Source of the DNA: an uncultured bacterium
GTDB lineage: Bacteria; Acidobacteriota; HRBIN11; JAKEFK01
Direction: 5' to 3'
Length of the DNA: 64,000 nucleotides
Assembly (NCBI GenBank): GCA_963777505.1
Contig: CAVZQN010000008.1
Location: 32,001-96,000, forward strand
In this document: piece after piece, positions 61,354 through 64,000 of the stretch
Position numbering within the stretch: the first letter of the stretch is position 1
Layout of the letters: each line of letters begins with the position of its first letter
Program-made: the position numbers and the translations under genes
The notes under the pieces: model-generated
What the model was told of the DNA's origin: nothing
Seen by the model: only the letters and a program-made list of their open reading frames with translations
The model's database searches: none

Positions 61354-62425
61354 TTCAGACAAATTGCTATTTACGGTAACTGTTGCACTTGTGATGTTCG
61401 GTCTTGTAATGATTTATTCCGCATCGGCCGTACTGGCAATTGAAAAACATGGAAATCCATTTTATTACGTATTTCGCCAGGGGATCTGGGTTCTTCTTAG
61501 TTTCATAGCGATGCTTGTCACAATGCATATTCACTATCGAACGTGGAATAATCGAGTTCTTGTTTTTAGTCTTCTCGTGATTTCAGCTGTTTTGCTTATT
61601 GCAGTTTTATTCATGCCGGCTATCGCAAACGTTCACAGATGGTTTCGAATTGGGCCCGCCTCCATTCAGCCTGCGGAGCTTGCAAAATTTCCAATGATCT
61701 TATTTTTGGCGTGGCATCTCGCAAAAAAACAAGGACAGATTGAATCATTTTGGCAAACGATCTTGCCTGCTTTTTTGGTATGCGGACAAATGGCTTTTTT
61801 GATTGTTATTGAGCCTGATCTTGGAACCGCATTAATGATCGTTGGTATTACAGTCGCATTACTTTTTCTTGCTGGAATGTCATGGAAATATTTCGCCGGC
61901 TTCGCAGTCGTTGCTATACCGCTGGCATATATTCTTATTTTTAGCGTGGATTATAGGCGGCAACGTTTGATTAGCTTCTGGAATCCGGAGGCCGACGCGC
62001 AAGACAGCGGCTTTCAAATACTTCAGTCATTAATTGCACTTGGAACAGGCGGAATAAAAGGAACCGGTCTTGCCAATGGAATTCAAAAACTTTTTTACCT
62101 TCCAGAACCTCATAATGATTTTATTTTTGCAATTGTAGGAGAAGAACTCGGGTTGATTGGCACAGTGGGACTCCTTCTAGCATTTATATTTTTTCTCTGG
62201 CGGGGGCTGAAAATTGCATGGAAAGCACCGGAACCTTTTGGGCAATTCCTGGCAGCAGGCATTACTGTAATGATTGTCTTGCAGGCATTGATCAATATCA
62301 GTGTTGTCATTGGTATTTTGCCAACAAAAGGATTGCCATTGCCTTTTATTAGTTCAGGCGGTTCTTCCCTGCTTGTAAGTATGACCGGAGTTGGAGTCTT
62401 ACTGAATATTTCCCAAAATACATGA
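61337..62425 (+). CDS. ftsW: Peptidoglycan glycosyltransferase (SEDS)
   Basis: QPAELAK, EPDLG, LPEPHNDFIF, EELG. Confidence 0.95.
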   Translation: MARQISSDKLLFTVTVALVMFGLVMIYSASAVLAIEKHGNPFYYVFRQGIWVLLSFIAMLVTMHIHYRTWNNRVLVFSLLVISAVLLIAVLFMPAIANVHRWFRIGPASIQPAELAKFPMILFLAWHLAKKQGQIESFWQTILPAFLVCGQMAFLIVIEPDLGTALMIVGITVALLFLAGMSWKYFAGFAVVAIPLAYILIFSVDYRRQRLISFWNPEADAQDSGFQILQSLIALGTGGIKGTGLANGIQKLFYLPEPHNDFIFAIVGEELGLIGTVGLLLAFIFFLWRGLKIAWKAPEPFGQFLAAGITVMIVLQALINISVVIGILPTKGLPLPFISSGGSSLLVSMTGVGVLLNISQNT

Positions 62426-62437
62426 TGTGGTTTAGCT

Positions 62438-62462
62438 GTAGGGGCGGGTCACGTGCCCGCCC
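62438..62462. repeat. REP-like palindrome (GTAGGGGCGG family)
   Basis: gtaggggcgggtcacgtgcccgccc. Confidence 0.65.
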
Positions 62463-62523
62463 ACGGAGTTGGAATCAGAATTAATGATCGCCGTGCACTA
62501 GGGCCGCTCCTCCAAGGAAATCT

Positions 62524-63600
62524 ATGCGTGTGTTGATAGCGGATGGTGGAACGGGAGGCCATATCTTCCCTGCGATTGCGGTAGCGAATGAACTGCAAAA
62601 GCGAACGGAAGTAGAAGCGATTTTGTTCACAGGTACGGCCGCTGGATTAGAAGGCGGAATTGTTCCAAAGCATGGATTTGAACTACGAATGATACGTGTT
62701 GGTGGCTTGATAGGAAAAAGTCTGATGACAAGGGTGAAAACGTTATTGCAGCTTCCAGGGGCATACTTTCAAAGCGCAAAAATTATTCGCGAATTTAATC
62801 CCTCAGTCGCAATCGGATTTGGTGCCTATGCATCTGGACCAGTACTTGTGGCAGCCTATAGAAAAAAGGTCCCCGTATTGCTTGTAGAACCGAATGCGAT
62901 TCCCGGATTTACGAACAAAAAAGCATTGAGTTTTGCAAGAAATGTTGCGGTAGCGTATGAAGACTCCTCGGGTGTTTTCAAAGGAAAAGCAGTCGTTACA
63001 GGAACACCGGTGCGTCCTTTAAGAGAGCTTTCGAAACAAACATCCAAGTTCACGGTAGGTATTTATTGCGGAAGCCAGGGTTCACGTGCCATTAACAATG
63101 TTGTAGTTGAAGCCTTGCCGGAACTTGTCGCGATGAAAGAAACGTTGCATGTCATTCATCAAACTGGCAGAGGAGATTTTGAGCGTGTTAAATCTATATA
63201 TGATACAGTCGCGCCATTTTTTGAGATAAAACCATTTGTTGAAGATGTTGAGGAGTTTTATAGCAGTTGCGATTTATTAGTTTGTCGCGCGGGAGCGATC
63301 ACTCTTGCAGAAATAACGGCGCTTGGGAAGCCTGCGATTCTTGTTCCACTTCCAACGGCTGCTCATAATCATCAGGAACAAAATGCGCGGCGTCTTGCGG
63401 AGGCTGGTGCTGCAAAAATGATTTTACAAAATGCGTTTTCATCTCGCATCCTCATTCAGGAAATAATATCGCTATCGAGTAGCCCAGAAATCTTGGAACA
63501 AATGTCAATTGAATCCAGACATTTAGGAAGACCAGAGGCTGCTCAAAAAGTAGCGGATTTAGCCATATCATTAGCTAAAAAAACAGAGGCACAGAGATAA
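62524..63600 (+). CDS. murG: Undecaprenyl-PP-MurNAc GlcNAc transferase
   Basis: [33 protein letters not shown]. Confidence 0.95.
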   Translation: MRVLIADGGTGGHIFPAIAVANELQKRTEVEAILFTGTAAGLEGGIVPKHGFELRMIRVGGLIGKSLMTRVKTLLQLPGAYFQSAKIIREFNPSVAIGFGAYASGPVLVAAYRKKVPVLLVEPNAIPGFTNKKALSFARNVAVAYEDSSGVFKGKAVVTGTPVRPLRELSKQTSKFTVGIYCGSQGSRAINNVVVEALPELVAMKETLHVIHQTGRGDFERVKSIYDTVAPFFEIKPFVEDVEEFYSSCDLLVCRAGAITLAEITALGKPAILVPLPTAAHNHQEQNARRLAEAGAAKMILQNAFSSRILIQEIISLSSSPEILEQMSIESRHLGRPEAAQKVADLAISLAKKTEAQR

Positions 63601-63602
63601 GC

Positions 63603-64000
63603 ATGTTTGGGAAATTAAAGCGGATACACATGGTGGGAATCGGAGGAAGCGGCATGAGCGGAATTGCTGAAATTCTTCTGGATCTTGGCCACACAGTTTC
63701 CGGATCCGATATAAAAGAAACTGCAGTTACAGCAAGACTTACATCTTTAGGCGCTACGATTTACATCGGCCATTCTGCGGAAAATGTTGGAAATTCAGAT
63801 GTCGTTGTAATTTCGTCTGCAGTTTCTGTAGAGAATCCCGAAGTGATAACAGCACGAGCGAAAAAAATTCCTGTGATTCCGCGTGCTGAGATGCTTGCGG
63901 AATTGATGCGAATTAAATACGCCGTCACAATCGGCGGAGCGCACGGCAAAACAACCACAACATCAATGACCGGATTAATGCTTCATGATGCAGGACTGGA
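63603..64000 (+). CDS. murC: UDP-MurNAc--L-Ala ligase (partial)
   Basis: [23 protein letters not shown]...GSD...[10 protein letters not shown]...GAHGKTTT. Confidence 0.95.
   Translation, partial: MFGKLKRIHMVGIGGSGMSGIAEILLDLGHTVSGSDIKETAVTARLTSLGATIYIGHSAENVGNSDVVVISSAVSVENPEVITARAKKIPVIPRAEMLAELMRIKYAVTIGGAHGKTTTTSMTGLMLHDAGL

Noticed and set aside
62524-62565. MurG ADGGTGGH instead of AGGGTGGH
   Set aside because: A single-base difference, with the GGTGGH core intact; cannot separate variant from error

Overview
Bacterial chromosomal window, AT-leaning and gene-dense. The gene repertoire is compatible with an Acidobacteriota-like or similar lineage; this is inference only. It holds mostly housekeeping or metabolic genes. 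These include a molybdopterin oxidoreductase with a fused 4Fe-4S/NrfD partner, glycosyl- and methyltransferases, thiS/thiG/thiD, a spore-photoproduct-lyase-family radical SAM gene, tatA, selB, peptidoglycan-recycling-like genes (NamZ, MurU-like, AmgK-like), asnS, rimO, two corA genes, comEA plus a pilin-like gene, an ECF sigma/anti-sigma/DUF4331 module, mscL, and the start of the dcw cluster (mraZ to murC). About seven genes carry apparent +1 frameshifts, most likely sequencing errors. The most interesting signal is non-coding: (i) a GxxExxY nuclease-like gene boxed by a perfect 20-bp inverted repeat, with empty and solo relatives of the repeat across the window; (ii) a diverged duplicate of the amgK 3' end bracketing an extra gene; (iii) a ~106-nt rod-shaped candidate ncRNA behind a consensus sigma70 promoter; (iv) a sigma54-type promoter upstream of comEA and a three-way-junction RNA covering the RBS of the downstream pilin gene; (v) seven WGG motifs phased at 10 bp in the mraZ leader; (vi) a recurrent leaderless-gene signature; (vii) four REP-like families. 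No rRNA, tRNA or CRISPR array was found.
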